This document shows positions 30,835-39,653 of a DNA stretch of 64,000 nucleotides, one piece after another; within the stretch, counting starts at the first letter, position 1; every line of letters starts with the position of its first letter. Made by a program: the position numbers and the translations under genes. The notes under the pieces were generated by a model. It was not told where the DNA came from. It worked only from the letters and a program-made list of their open reading frames with translations, and ran no database searches. The DNA comes from Syntrophorhabdaceae bacterium (GTDB lineage: Bacteria; Desulfobacterota; Syntrophorhabdia; Syntrophorhabdales; Syntrophorhabdaceae): positions 32,001 to 96,000 of the forward strand of contig CAXXUO010000006.1 of assembly GCA_963666485.2 (NCBI GenBank). The letters run 5' to 3'.

Positions 30835-32091
30835 TCATTTACCGCACAGGCGCTCCTCTGCGGCTTCGAGCGTGGCCAGTTTCTTGGCGAAAGCGAAACG
30901 TACCATTTTCTTGCCCATCCCTTTTGTTCCATAGAAGCACGATCCCGGAACGACCGCCACGCCGAGGTTGGAGGGCAGCCACCGCGCAAAGGAGTAATCG
31001 TCCCCGTCGAAATCCCAGTTGCTGAAATCGGCCATCACATAGTAGGAGCCCTGCGGGGCCGAGGCTGAGAAACCGGCCTTGTCGATAATCGACATCATTT
31101 TTGCGCGCCGCGCGGTGTAATCGGCCTGAAGCTGCGTGTAGTACGTGTCGGGAAGCTGAAGGACTGCCGCACACGCCGCCTGCAGCGGGGCAGGTGCGCA
31201 TATCGTCATAAAGTCATGAACGGTCCTCAGGATCGTGCTCAAGGGGTTCATGGCGCACGCGTACCCGAGCCGCCACCCCGTCATCGCGAATGTCTTGCCG
31301 AGGCCGCTGATCGTCACAGTGCGTTCAGCCATGCCGGGTACCGACGCGAGCGGGACGTGCCTGAGCCCATCGTAGGTTATATGTTCGTAGATCTCGTCGG
31401 TTATAGCGACGACATTGAATTCCTGGCACAGCCCGGCGATGCCTTCCATTTCGTCCTGCGTGAAGACGTGTCCGGTCGGGTTGTGCGGGGTATTGACGAT
31501 AATTGCCTTCGTCCTTTCGTTGAATGCGTCACGAAGCCAGTCGAGGTTCAGGGTATAATCAGGCGCTTCAAGGGGCACAAAGCGGGCCGTGCCGCCCGAG
31601 AAGACCACGGCGGGGAGATATCCCTCATGGTACGGTTCGATAATGATGACCTCATCGCCCTTGTTGATGATCCCCATCAGTGTCGCAAGAATGGCCTCCG
31701 TGACCCCGCACGTGACCGTTACGTGTTCGTTGGGGTCGAATTTCAGGCCATACCATTTCTCCATCTTGGCCGTGATGGCCTCGCGCAGGGGAAGCGTCCC
31801 CCAGGTGATCGTGTACTGATTTCCGCCCGACTCCAGGGCCTTCTGGGCCGCCTCGATCGCTTCGCGCGGCGGATCGAAATCCGGGAACCCCTGCGACAGG
31901 TTGATCGCGTTGTGCGTAATTGCCAGCCGCGTCATTTCCCTGATGAAAGATTCCCGGATCATGTGGAGGCGCTGAGCGCCGCCTCCCTGGACAGGGTCGA
32001 ACCTCATGCCGAAAGTCGACAGCTTTTCTCCCTCGAGAACGTTGAGGGCCCTCTGGCCCTGCCGTGCCTCCATTTCTTCCCGACGATTCAT
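30835..32091 (-). CDS. PLP-dependent class I/II aminotransferase (YbdL/kynurenine/aromatic aminotransferase-like)
   Basis: AINLSQGFPDF, NTPHNPTG, DEIYEH, SGLGKTFAMTGWRLG; RBS AGGAGG. Confidence 0.93.
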   Translation of the reverse strand: MNRREEMEARQGQRALNVLEGEKLSTFGMRFDPVQGGGAQRLHMIRESFIREMTRLAITHNAINLSQGFPDFDPPREAIEAAQKALESGGNQYTITWGTLPLREAITAKMEKWYGLKFDPNEHVTVTCGVTEAILATLMGIINKGDEVIIIEPYHEGYLPAVVFSGGTARFVPLEAPDYTLNLDWLRDAFNERTKAIIVNTPHNPTGHVFTQDEMEGIAGLCQEFNVVAITDEIYEHITYDGLRHVPLASVPGMAERTVTISGLGKTFAMTGWRLGYACAMNPLSTILRTVHDFMTICAPAPLQAACAAVLQLPDTYYTQLQADYTARRAKMMSIIDKAGFSASAPQGSYYVMADFSNWDFDGDDYSFARWLPSNLGVAVVPGSCFYGTKGMGKKMVRFAFAKKLATLEAAEERLCGK

Positions 32092-32153
32092 TTGTTTCCT
32101 CCTTTATGGATTATTGAATTTTCATTCATCGTTTCCTCCAATTTTTGCCCAAT

Positions 32154-32223
32154 AAAAAAGGGCCATGGAGTTTTCCATAGCCCTAAAAAGCTTTAAGGGC
32201 CATGGGTTTAGCACCCATGGCCC
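32154..32223 (-). terminator. Attenuator: hairpin A (32197-32223) and intrinsic terminator (32154-32184)
   Basis: GGGCCAUGGGU-GCUAA-ACCCAUGGCCC, then AGGGCUAUGGA-AAAC-UCCAUGGCCCU-UUUUU; arms are mutually exclusive with an antiterminator. Confidence 0.85.
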
Positions 32224-32237
32224 CTTTCTTTACCCTG

Positions 32238-32324
32238 TCAGGAGAAAGATCGACACGAGTGCCCGGGAGAATAATAGTAGTAATAATAAGAGGTGAGCCG
32301 GATAGAGGTGTCGTTTCTCAACAT
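32238..32324 (-). CDS. Tyrosine-rich leader peptide MLRNDTSIRLTSYYYYYYSPGHSCRSFS
   Basis: ATG at 32324, six consecutive Tyr codons (32271-32288), TGA at 32238; lies between a promoter and a terminator. Confidence 0.82.
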   Translation of the reverse strand: MLRNDTSIRLTSYYYYYYSPGHSCRSFS

Positions 32325-32333
32325 GTTAGCGAA

Positions 32334-32362
32334 AGTCTAATGGAGCGGATAGGGGTTGTCAA
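32334..32362 (-). promoter_or_regulatory. Sigma70 promoter for the leader/aminotransferase transcript
   Basis: TTGACA-17 nt-TAGACT on the minus strand, 9 nt before the leader ATG. Confidence 0.8.
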
Positions 32363-32379
32363 CAAAAATATTTCGCGTC

Positions 32380-32838
32380 TTATTTCAGGGGCATGAAAAG
32401 CACGGTCTGCAGATCCTCCGGCGATGTCGTACCGGGGTCGTTCAGATAGAACTCGTAACTTTCCCCTGTCGGTTCGTGTCCGTTCTCGCTTATCCACTCA
32501 GCGAGCGCCATGTATGCGGATTCGATCTCCTCGTACGGTCCCGTGTGCACCGTGGTGGCGGCATTGGCGAGGACTATTTCCCTGCAGTCGATCTCCCCGT
32601 GGCCTGAAACCATCTTTGTGATGGGAAGGCACATCTCGACGTCGGGTTCGTCGGACAGCATGTCGTGATAGATAGCAAACGGAGGCCCCGAAATGTCTTC
32701 GCCGATCTCTTCGAGATACGCTATAAGGCGGGCGAACGATCCTTCGAATATCTCCGGAAGGTCTTCAGCTGTCGCTCGCGACCTGATCATGATCACCGGT
32801 TGCGGGTCTATACTGCTGAGCTCACAGGTGTATGGCAT
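32380..32838 (-). CDS. GyrI-like small-molecule-binding protein
   Basis: GPPFAIYH, TVHTGPYEEI..AY..L..WI, YEFYLNDP. Confidence 0.88.
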   Translation of the reverse strand: MPYTCELSSIDPQPVIMIRSRATAEDLPEIFEGSFARLIAYLEEIGEDISGPPFAIYHDMLSDEPDVEMCLPITKMVSGHGEIDCREIVLANAATTVHTGPYEEIESAYMALAEWISENGHEPTGESYEFYLNDPGTTSPEDLQTVLFMPLK

Positions 32839-32969
32839 TATGTCGCCTCCGTCAGGAATGTATTTCCTCATCAATCTACATGATACGGACGGCAAAAAGC
32901 AATTTAAAATCTTTACAATTCGGGGGGGATACGGCTAGAGTTTGGTATTCTAAAACAGGGGAGGATAGT

Positions 32970-33797
32970 ATGGTCAAAACATACGTCACGGTCTTGGGGG
33001 CAGTGCTGGCGTTGCTCGTTATGCCCGGCATGGGACTGTGCCAGGGAGATGCTTCCCGCGATTATCCGTCGGTCCTCAAGAATGTTCACGAAGAGCTCCT
33101 ACGATCGTTCGCGCAACTCGACGGGGACCTGTCGAACGCTGCCGGCCGCATCGCAAAGTCGGGTCTCACAGGAAACGATGCCCGGGCCGCGCTCAGAGGT
33201 CTCTGTGCGGATAAGGTCTACGCGATCGATTGCGCCGCCGTCAATAGTGCCGGGGTTATGGTGACGATCGAGCCGCCGGCGTTCAGGAAATTTGAAGGCG
33301 TCAGCATCAGCAAGCAGGACCAGGTGATCGCTTTGCAGAAAACAAAACAGGCGGTCCTGAGCCGTGTTTTCCGGTCGGAAGAGGGCATAGACGCGGTCGA
33401 TATGGAGCACCCGGTATTTTCCGCGGACCAGGCATTCATGGGTTCGGTCAGCATTCTTTTCAAGCCCGAGGAATTCCTGTCGTTCGTGATCGGGCCGCTC
33501 GTCCGGGGGTTTTCCTCCGCCGAGATATGGGTTGTGCAGAAAGATGGAAGGATACTCTACGATATACACAGGAATGAGATCGGCCGGATGCTTTTTTCGG
33601 ACCCTCTCTATAAGCCCTTCCCTGAGCTTATCAGGTTGGGAGAAAAAATAGTTCGACAGGCGGAAGGGCACGGTTTTTACGATTTCACAGATGCCAAAAC
33701 AAAATTGATCATACGGAAAGAAGCGTTCTGGACAACGGTGGGGATGCACGGCACCGAGTGGCGGATCGTCGCGTCCCGGCCCGTTGCCGGAAAGTAG
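32970..33797 (+). CDS. Exported Cache-domain protein
   Basis: Signal peptide; VLSRVFRSEEG..AVDMEHPV, WVVQKDGRILYD, GTEWRIV. Confidence 0.65.
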   Translation: MVKTYVTVLGAVLALLVMPGMGLCQGDASRDYPSVLKNVHEELLRSFAQLDGDLSNAAGRIAKSGLTGNDARAALRGLCADKVYAIDCAAVNSAGVMVTIEPPAFRKFEGVSISKQDQVIALQKTKQAVLSRVFRSEEGIDAVDMEHPVFSADQAFMGSVSILFKPEEFLSFVIGPLVRGFSSAEIWVVQKDGRILYDIHRNEIGRMLFSDPLYKPFPELIRLGEKIVRQAEGHGFYDFTDAKTKLIIRKEAFWTTVGMHGTEWRIVASRPVAGK

Positions 33798-33805
33798 GTG
33801 TCTCC

Positions 33806-34222
33806 ATGGCAAACATCGCCACACCTCGTGAAATAAAGGCAGTTATCAAGAATTTTCTCGCTCGCCTCGATGCAGATATCGGTGCGGTAGAGGAATTTCT
33901 CTCTCCCGATTGCAGCGCACATCTCCCGGGGCAGAACGTTCCGCTCGACAGGAACGGCTTTAAAGGTTTTGCAGGGATGCTGTATGCTGCTTTCCCTGAT
34001 CTTCACCATGAGGTCACGTTCCAGATCGCGGAAGGCGACGAGGTGGCGAGCCTCGTTGCCGTGCGGGGCACGCATAAAGGCAATTTTCAGGATATTCCGC
34101 CGACCCAAAAACAGGTAGAATTTACGGATATTATCCTGGCCCGTGTGCACAACGGGAAGATCACCGTCCTCTGGGCGCAGTTCGACGCACTCGGATTATT
34201 TAGGCAGCTCGGCATGCCGTAA
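33806..34222 (+). CDS. SnoaL-like/ester cyclase family protein
   Basis: AFPDLH..IAEGDEV..RGTHKGNF..IPPT. Confidence 0.88.
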   Translation: MANIATPREIKAVIKNFLARLDADIGAVEEFLSPDCSAHLPGQNVPLDRNGFKGFAGMLYAAFPDLHHEVTFQIAEGDEVASLVAVRGTHKGNFQDIPPTQKQVEFTDIILARVHNGKITVLWAQFDALGLFRQLGMP

Positions 34223-34232
34223 AGGCCGCCGT

Positions 34233-34673
34233 TTATTTGTTCTGCTGGATCTCCCGGAGTCTTTCCGTGAAAATATCGGGCAGGCGGCCTATCCTGTGTT
34301 GCGAGTAGTTGAATACCACGATCCCCGTTTCAGCGAGGGCGATCACCGTATTATTCCGGACGATGCGCTGAAATATCCTGAAATTACCCGCCGCCAGTTC
34401 GCCGATATGGGAGTCGATGCGTATCTCGTCGAAGACGAACCCTTCAGACTTGTAATTCACGGCCAGGTCCGACATGATCGTCCCATTCTCCCCGTCGCCG
34501 AGGTCCCCTTCACTGAACCCCATCGCATGGTACATACTGGCCCGTGCATTTCCGAAGAGCGTGACAATTGAATCGTTTCCCAGGTGTCCGCCGTAGTTGA
34601 TGTCACGGGGCATAAGGGTGGTATGGTAGGAAAATTCGTAGGTGGGTTGTTCTATGAGTTTTATTCGAGGCAT
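34233..34673 (-). CDS. Hotdog-fold thioesterase
   Basis: DINYGGHLGND, IMSDLAVNYKSEGF. Confidence 0.88.
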   Translation of the reverse strand: MPRIKLIEQPTYEFSYHTTLMPRDINYGGHLGNDSIVTLFGNARASMYHAMGFSEGDLGDGENGTIMSDLAVNYKSEGFVFDEIRIDSHIGELAAGNFRIFQRIVRNNTVIALAETGIVVFNYSQHRIGRLPDIFTERLREIQQNK

Positions 34674-34688
34674 GATAAAAACCCGGCT

Positions 34689-34788
34689 TACGGCGTACGG
34701 CATACGGCGTACGGTTAAAGGCAAAGGCAAAAAAAACAGAAGATACAGGTTTTGCCGTCAGCCGTACGCCGTCAGCCGTACGCCGTTA
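34689..34788. repeat. Inverted heptamer runs (TACGGCG-type x4 ... GCCGTCA/GCCGTAC x5)
   Basis: Same units as the 23387 array; on the minus strand the run starts at the sucD-like stop codon. Confidence 0.85.
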
Positions 34789-35658
34789 TTTTAACTTATT
34801 CTTCTTCGCCCACTTCGCAACGTCGATGGGGCTGTCGAGAACGGCGACCCCGGCGTTCTTCAGGGCCTCATGCTTGCCGGAGACGGTGCCGGTGCTTCCG
34901 CGTACGATCGCTCCTGCATGGCCCATTTTCTTGCCCTGAGGCGAGTAGCGCCCTGCTATGTAGGCGGCGACGGGTTTCGTCATCTTCCGTGAGATGAAGC
35001 CTGCCGCTTTCTCTTCCTGCTCACCGCCGACCTCTCCGACGATTATTACTGCATCGGTGTCCTTGTCATTTTCAAACAATTCGAGAATGTCGGCGAGGTT
35101 CCTGAGTACCACGGGGTCGGCGCCCATGCCGACGACCGTGCTCTGCCCGACCTTGCTCTCGGACAGGATGCCGGCAAATTCATAGGAAAGCGTTCCGCTG
35201 CGGGAAATGATGCCAACCCGGCCCGGCTGAAACAGCGATGCGGGCATGATGCCCATTTTTCCCATCCCGGGCACGAGGATACCGGGTGTTGTCGGACCGA
35301 GCGCGAAGACGCCTTTTTCGAGGGCGTAGCTGCGCATTCTCAGGACGTCCTTGACCGGGATATGCTCGGGGACTATGACGATCAGCTTTATACCGGCGTC
35401 GATTGTCTCGAGAAACGCATCGAGCACCCCGGCAGCTGGTACAAAGAATACAGACGCATTTGCCCCTGTCTCTTTGACTGCTTCGAGAACGCCGTTGAAG
35501 ACCGGGACGCCCTCGACGTTCATGCCGCCTTTCCCCGGGGTGACGCCGCCAACGACCCGCGTGCCGTACTCAAGCATCCAGTGTGTCTGGGCGCTTCCGA
35601 TCCGGCCGGTGATGCCTTGCACGATGACTCGTGTGGACTCATTCATCAATATGCTCAT
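34786..35658 (-). CDS. Succinyl-CoA synthetase alpha-like subunit (divergent ADP-forming acyl-CoA ligase)
   Basis: VIVQGITG, GGVTPGKGG, SRSGTLSYE, phospho-His KKMGHAGA; GPTTPG replaces GPNCPG. Confidence 0.88.
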   Translation of the reverse strand: MSILMNESTRVIVQGITGRIGSAQTHWMLEYGTRVVGGVTPGKGGMNVEGVPVFNGVLEAVKETGANASVFFVPAAGVLDAFLETIDAGIKLIVIVPEHIPVKDVLRMRSYALEKGVFALGPTTPGILVPGMGKMGIMPASLFQPGRVGIISRSGTLSYEFAGILSESKVGQSTVVGMGADPVVLRNLADILELFENDKDTDAVIIVGEVGGEQEEKAAGFISRKMTKPVAAYIAGRYSPQGKKMGHAGAIVRGSTGTVSGKHEALKNAGVAVLDSPIDVAKWAKKNKLK

Positions 35659-35718
35659 AGGGAAACCTCATTCATTTCAGTTATCACTTCTCCAGGGAGG
35701 GATATTCCCTCCATGGCC

Positions 35719-36891
35719 TTATTTTTTCTTCGGTTTGGCTGCAGGGCCTTTTTCGTCCGGCCCGACAAGCTTGTACAGGACGTCGACCGCCTTTTCCGTG
35801 GCCGCTTCCGTCACCACGTGGACGCCGCCTGATTTGAAAATTTCCCACGTCTCTTCCTGGCGGTTGCCGAGTGCCTTTGCCACGACGGGCAGCTTCACGT
35901 TGTGTTCCTGCATATACCGGATAACACCCTTGGCGCCCTCGTGAATGGGGTTGATCCCGCCGTACACGTTGATGAAGATACCCCGTAAGCCGGGCTTCAT
36001 CATGATGAGCTCCATGCAGCGGTAGAGCAGGTCGGCGGTGATGCCTCCCCCCGTTTCGAGGAAGTTCGCAGGCCGCATCTTCTGCCCTATGATGTCCATG
36101 GACGCCATCCCGAGCCCGGCGCCCGAGGAGATAAGCCCGATGTCGCCGTCAAGGTCGACGTAGGTGACGCCGATCTCCCTGCCGCGCCTTTCGAGAGGGT
36201 TCTCGATGCGGTCAACCCGGTCGGGAAGAGGAAATCTTATACGGGAAAGTGCCGAGTCATCGACCTCGAGCACGGCATCGACCGCCATAAGCCCGCCGTT
36301 CGCAAGGACGACGAGCGGGTTGATCTCCGCAATGAGGGCTTCATACCGGGTCGCTATGTGATAAAGCTGGCCTATTATATCGCTCCAGGCGGTGATCATC
36401 TTCTGCTCGATCCCGAGCATGCGCAAAAGACCCCGTGCCTGGTACGGGTAATATCCGAAAGAAGGTTCGATGTGTATCGCAGCGATCTTTTCCGGGGATG
36501 TCTTGGCGGTCTCCTCGATGAGTACACCGCCCTCGGTACTTGCAACGATGACCGGTTTACCGGAATAGCCGTCGATGGTCATGCCGAGGTACAGTTCCCG
36601 TGTGATATCAACCTTCTCGCACACGAGGACCTTGCGGACAGGCATGCCCTTCACCTCGCACATGAAAAGATGGTCCGCCGCTTCTTTGAGCTGGTCGGGG
36701 TTCTCCGCCACCTTGATGCCGCCCGCGAGTCCGCGCCCGCCGACGAGGACCTGCGCCTTGAGAATGACGGGATACCCTATCTCGCCCGCGACGTGCAGGG
36801 CCTCGTGCATATCGCTGACGAGCGCGCGCCGGGGAACAGGGATCCGGTTCTGTTCAAAAATGTCCAGTGCTTCGTATTCGTGAAGTCTCAT
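35719..36891 (-). CDS. Succinyl-CoA synthetase beta-like subunit (divergent)
   Basis: MRLHEYEA, KAQVLVGGRG, EINPL; SSGAGLGM / ANFLETGGG / NVYGGINP variants. Confidence 0.88.
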   Translation of the reverse strand: MRLHEYEALDIFEQNRIPVPRRALVSDMHEALHVAGEIGYPVILKAQVLVGGRGLAGGIKVAENPDQLKEAADHLFMCEVKGMPVRKVLVCEKVDITRELYLGMTIDGYSGKPVIVASTEGGVLIEETAKTSPEKIAAIHIEPSFGYYPYQARGLLRMLGIEQKMITAWSDIIGQLYHIATRYEALIAEINPLVVLANGGLMAVDAVLEVDDSALSRIRFPLPDRVDRIENPLERRGREIGVTYVDLDGDIGLISSGAGLGMASMDIIGQKMRPANFLETGGGITADLLYRCMELIMMKPGLRGIFINVYGGINPIHEGAKGVIRYMQEHNVKLPVVAKALGNRQEETWEIFKSGGVHVVTEAATEKAVDVLYKLVGPDEKGPAAKPKKK

Positions 36892-36997
36892 ACAGTTACG
36901 TCCCTTGTGGTGTTGATTTGACTCCCAGTGCACCGCGGGAAGACCGCAGCCGCAACAGGCAAGTATAAATTGTAATCGCGTTTAAAGTCAATGTAAT

Positions 36998-37403
36998 TGA
37001 TTAATAATGAAATTGAAAAGAGGTAATGGGTAATAAGCAGAAAAGCAGGCGAGGGGCAAGGGGCGAGGGGCAATAGGCGATGGGACCTTCCCCCCGCGTC
37101 ATCCCGGCGAAGGCCGGGATCCGGGGTCTTTCGTCGACGCGATATAAAGAGGCAAAACCCTGGATCCCGGTGTCAAGCACCGGGATGACGGCGGTGGCAG
37201 ATAACGTCCGTCGCCCTTCCCCCCTCCCTTCCTACCCTTACCTATCACTCATTACCGCTATTACCTTGTGATGCAGAGACGCTGGATTCCTGCTTTCGCG
37301 GGAATGACGGATGAAAAGTATCCCATCGCCTATTGCCCCTCGCCCCTCGCCTGCTTTTCTGCTTGTTACCCATTACCTATTTTTTTAATTGCATTTTTAA
37401 TCA
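36998..37403. repeat. Composite ~400 bp element: long inverted repeats (37021-37085 / 37321-37378, imperfect outward extension) enclosing REP-like units (37097-37190, 37282-37309)
   Basis: The arms match except for one substitution and one extra AAGGGGC heptamer. Confidence 0.88.
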
Positions 37404-37424
37404 CATTTGTGTAAGTTGTTGCCC

Positions 37425-38117
37425 ATGGCACAGATAAAGAAAAAATCAACCAAACAGTCAGAGGACAGCAGTCAGGTAGCGTATCAGGGTATCCGGCGCA
37501 TGATCTATGCGAAGGAACTGGTACCGGGACAGAAGATAGCCTACAGGGACCTGGCAGAGAAACTCGACTTAAGCCCGACGCCGATCATCCAGGCATTAAG
37601 GAGACTTGAGCTTCTCGGTTTCGTCAACCATGAGCCCAACAGGGGTTTCTTCATGTCGCCGTTCAGCGTGAGAGAGATCGAACAGATCTACGAGATGCGC
37701 GAACTCATCGAGCCGTCTCTCGTGGCCTCGACGGTCCAGAACATCGACAAGAAAGGGCTCGCCGATCTAAAAAGCGCCCTGGAAGCGCACCTGTCTGCCG
37801 AACGGGATTTTTACCTGAAAGAAAGGCTTTTCAAGAACAGGGAATTTCACCTGACCCTTGCGGGGCTTTCGAAAAAAGAGACACAGATACGAATCCTCCG
37901 GAATTTGTTCGACATCCTGTTTCTCAAGTACAGCGACCTGCCGCGGTCATCGCTCGTTGCAACGGACCAGGAACACCAGGAGATCTATGACGCCGTTTCG
38001 CTTAGGAGCATGGACCGTGCACAGACCATTCTCAAGAACCATGTGACCAATGTCAAGGTCCAGGTCTTAACGAGCGTCCGCAAGATGCTTGAAGAACAGG
38101 AACGCTCTGAATTCTAG
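37425..38117 (+). CDS. GntR-family (FCD) transcriptional regulator
   Basis: LVPGQKI..LAEKLDLSPTPIIQALRRLE; NREFH, EHQEI. Confidence 0.92.
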   Translation: MAQIKKKSTKQSEDSSQVAYQGIRRMIYAKELVPGQKIAYRDLAEKLDLSPTPIIQALRRLELLGFVNHEPNRGFFMSPFSVREIEQIYEMRELIEPSLVASTVQNIDKKGLADLKSALEAHLSAERDFYLKERLFKNREFHLTLAGLSKKETQIRILRNLFDILFLKYSDLPRSSLVATDQEHQEIYDAVSLRSMDRAQTILKNHVTNVKVQVLTSVRKMLEEQERSEF

Positions 38118-38159
38118 GAAAGACGTCCTGACCGATCACACGCCATAAGGAGGCAAAAT

Positions 38160-39590
38160 ATGGGTATCAAGACAAAAGACGAATATATTGAATCATTGCG
38201 CTCCCTCAACCCGGTGGCCTACATGTTTGGAGAAAGGCTCACCAATATCGTTGACAATCCGCGCCTCCGTGCAGGTATGGAAGCGACAGGCGCCACCTAT
38301 GAGATGGCCCAGCTCGACCCCGGCCTGGTCATTACGCAGAGCCCGCTGATCAACGAGCCTGTCAGCCGTTTCACGCTTCCCCCGGCGAGCGTCGAAGACC
38401 TCGTGGCGCGGGTCAAGTTGAACCGGAAGGTCGCCAACTATGTCGGTACATGCCACCAGAGGTGTACGGGCCTTGACTGCCTTTCGACTCTTGCCATCGT
38501 CACCTATGACATCGACCAGAAATACAAGACCGAGTATTACCCGAGGTTCCAGGAATTCCTGAAATTCATGCAGAAAAACGACCTGACAGGCAACGCGGGC
38601 GTGACGGACGTGAAAGGCGACAGGTCGCTCGCCCCGCACGAACAGGTTGACAAAGATATGTTCCTCCGTATCGTAGAGAAGAAAGCCGACGGTATTGTTG
38701 TCCGCGGCGCCAAGGCCCACCAGACCGGGTCGCTTTCAGCGCACCAGATCATCGTCCTGCCGACGCGCGCAATGGGGAAAGATGACAAGGACTACGCGGT
38801 TGCTTTTGCGATTCCTGCCGACACGAAGGGCCTGATCCATGTTGTGGGCCGGTCGACGCTCGATATGCGCGAGCTTGACGGTTGCGACATAGGCAACGCG
38901 TATTACTCCAAATATTGCCCGACCCTCATCTTTGACGACGTGTTCGTCCCGTGGGACAGGGTTTTCTTATGTGGTGAGACGGAATTTGCTCAGGAGATGG
39001 TCATCAAGTTCTCCTCTTTCCATCGCCAGAGCCACGGCGGCTGCAAGTCAGGCAAGATCGACTGCATGATAGGCTGCGCGCTCACAATGATGGACTACAA
39101 CGGCACCGCCAAGGTCGGCCACCTGAAAGAAAAAGTAACCGACATGATCCACAGGGCCGAGACATTGTACGGATGCTGTCTTGCGTCATCCTACGAAGGC
39201 CAGAAGCAGCCGTCCGGCGCATACTTCATCGACACGGTCCTCGCCAACGCATCCAAGATCCACGAAGGCAAGGAAATGGCCGAGGCGACGAGGATGATGA
39301 TCGATGCGTGCGGCGGTTTTGTCGCCGACATGCCATCCGACAGGGATTTCTCGAACCCGGAGATCGGCGGCCTGCTTAAGAAATACCTGAAAGGCGTCGA
39401 CAGCGTGCCCGTCGAGAACCGCATAAGAATGTACCGGCTTGCAGAAAAGCTGGCCCTTGAAAGCGCCGACACGATATCCGACATCCACGGCGGCGGCTCA
39501 CCGGCAGCCCACAGGGTTACCATTTTGAGGGAAACCGATACGGCCCAGAAGAAAAAGGCAGCCAAGAGGCTCGCAGGTATAAAAGAGTAA
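38160..39590 (+). CDS. 4-hydroxybutyryl-CoA dehydratase (AbfD)-like FAD/[4Fe-4S] enzyme
   Basis: TCHQRCTG, TDVKGDRS, RGAKAHQTG, HRQSHGGCK, HGGGSP. Confidence 0.85.
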   Translation: MGIKTKDEYIESLRSLNPVAYMFGERLTNIVDNPRLRAGMEATGATYEMAQLDPGLVITQSPLINEPVSRFTLPPASVEDLVARVKLNRKVANYVGTCHQRCTGLDCLSTLAIVTYDIDQKYKTEYYPRFQEFLKFMQKNDLTGNAGVTDVKGDRSLAPHEQVDKDMFLRIVEKKADGIVVRGAKAHQTGSLSAHQIIVLPTRAMGKDDKDYAVAFAIPADTKGLIHVVGRSTLDMRELDGCDIGNAYYSKYCPTLIFDDVFVPWDRVFLCGETEFAQEMVIKFSSFHRQSHGGCKSGKIDCMIGCALTMMDYNGTAKVGHLKEKVTDMIHRAETLYGCCLASSYEGQKQPSGAYFIDTVLANASKIHEGKEMAEATRMMIDACGGFVADMPSDRDFSNPEIGGLLKKYLKGVDSVPVENRIRMYRLAEKLALESADTISDIHGGGSPAAHRVTILRETDTAQKKKAAKRLAGIKE

Positions 39591-39617
39591 TATACCCCCC
39601 TTAGTTTCATAGATGGA

Positions 39618-39653
39618 AGGCCGGTGGTGCGACCCACCGGCCTTTAGTTTTTT
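39618..39653. terminator. Terminator between convergent genes
   Basis: AAGGCCGGTGG-loop-CCACCGGCCTT followed by a T-run. Confidence 0.75.

Noticed and set aside
32238..32324. Leu-rich or Ile/Thr-rich readings of the leader repeat
   Set aside because: Those frames have no ATG/GTG/TTG between the promoter and the run (one has a TGA just upstream); only the Tyr frame starts with ATG.
38160..39590. 4-hydroxyphenylacetate 3-monooxygenase (HpaB)
   Set aside because: It retains AbfD-type Fe-S ligands, the context is anaerobic, and no flavin reductase gene is nearby.
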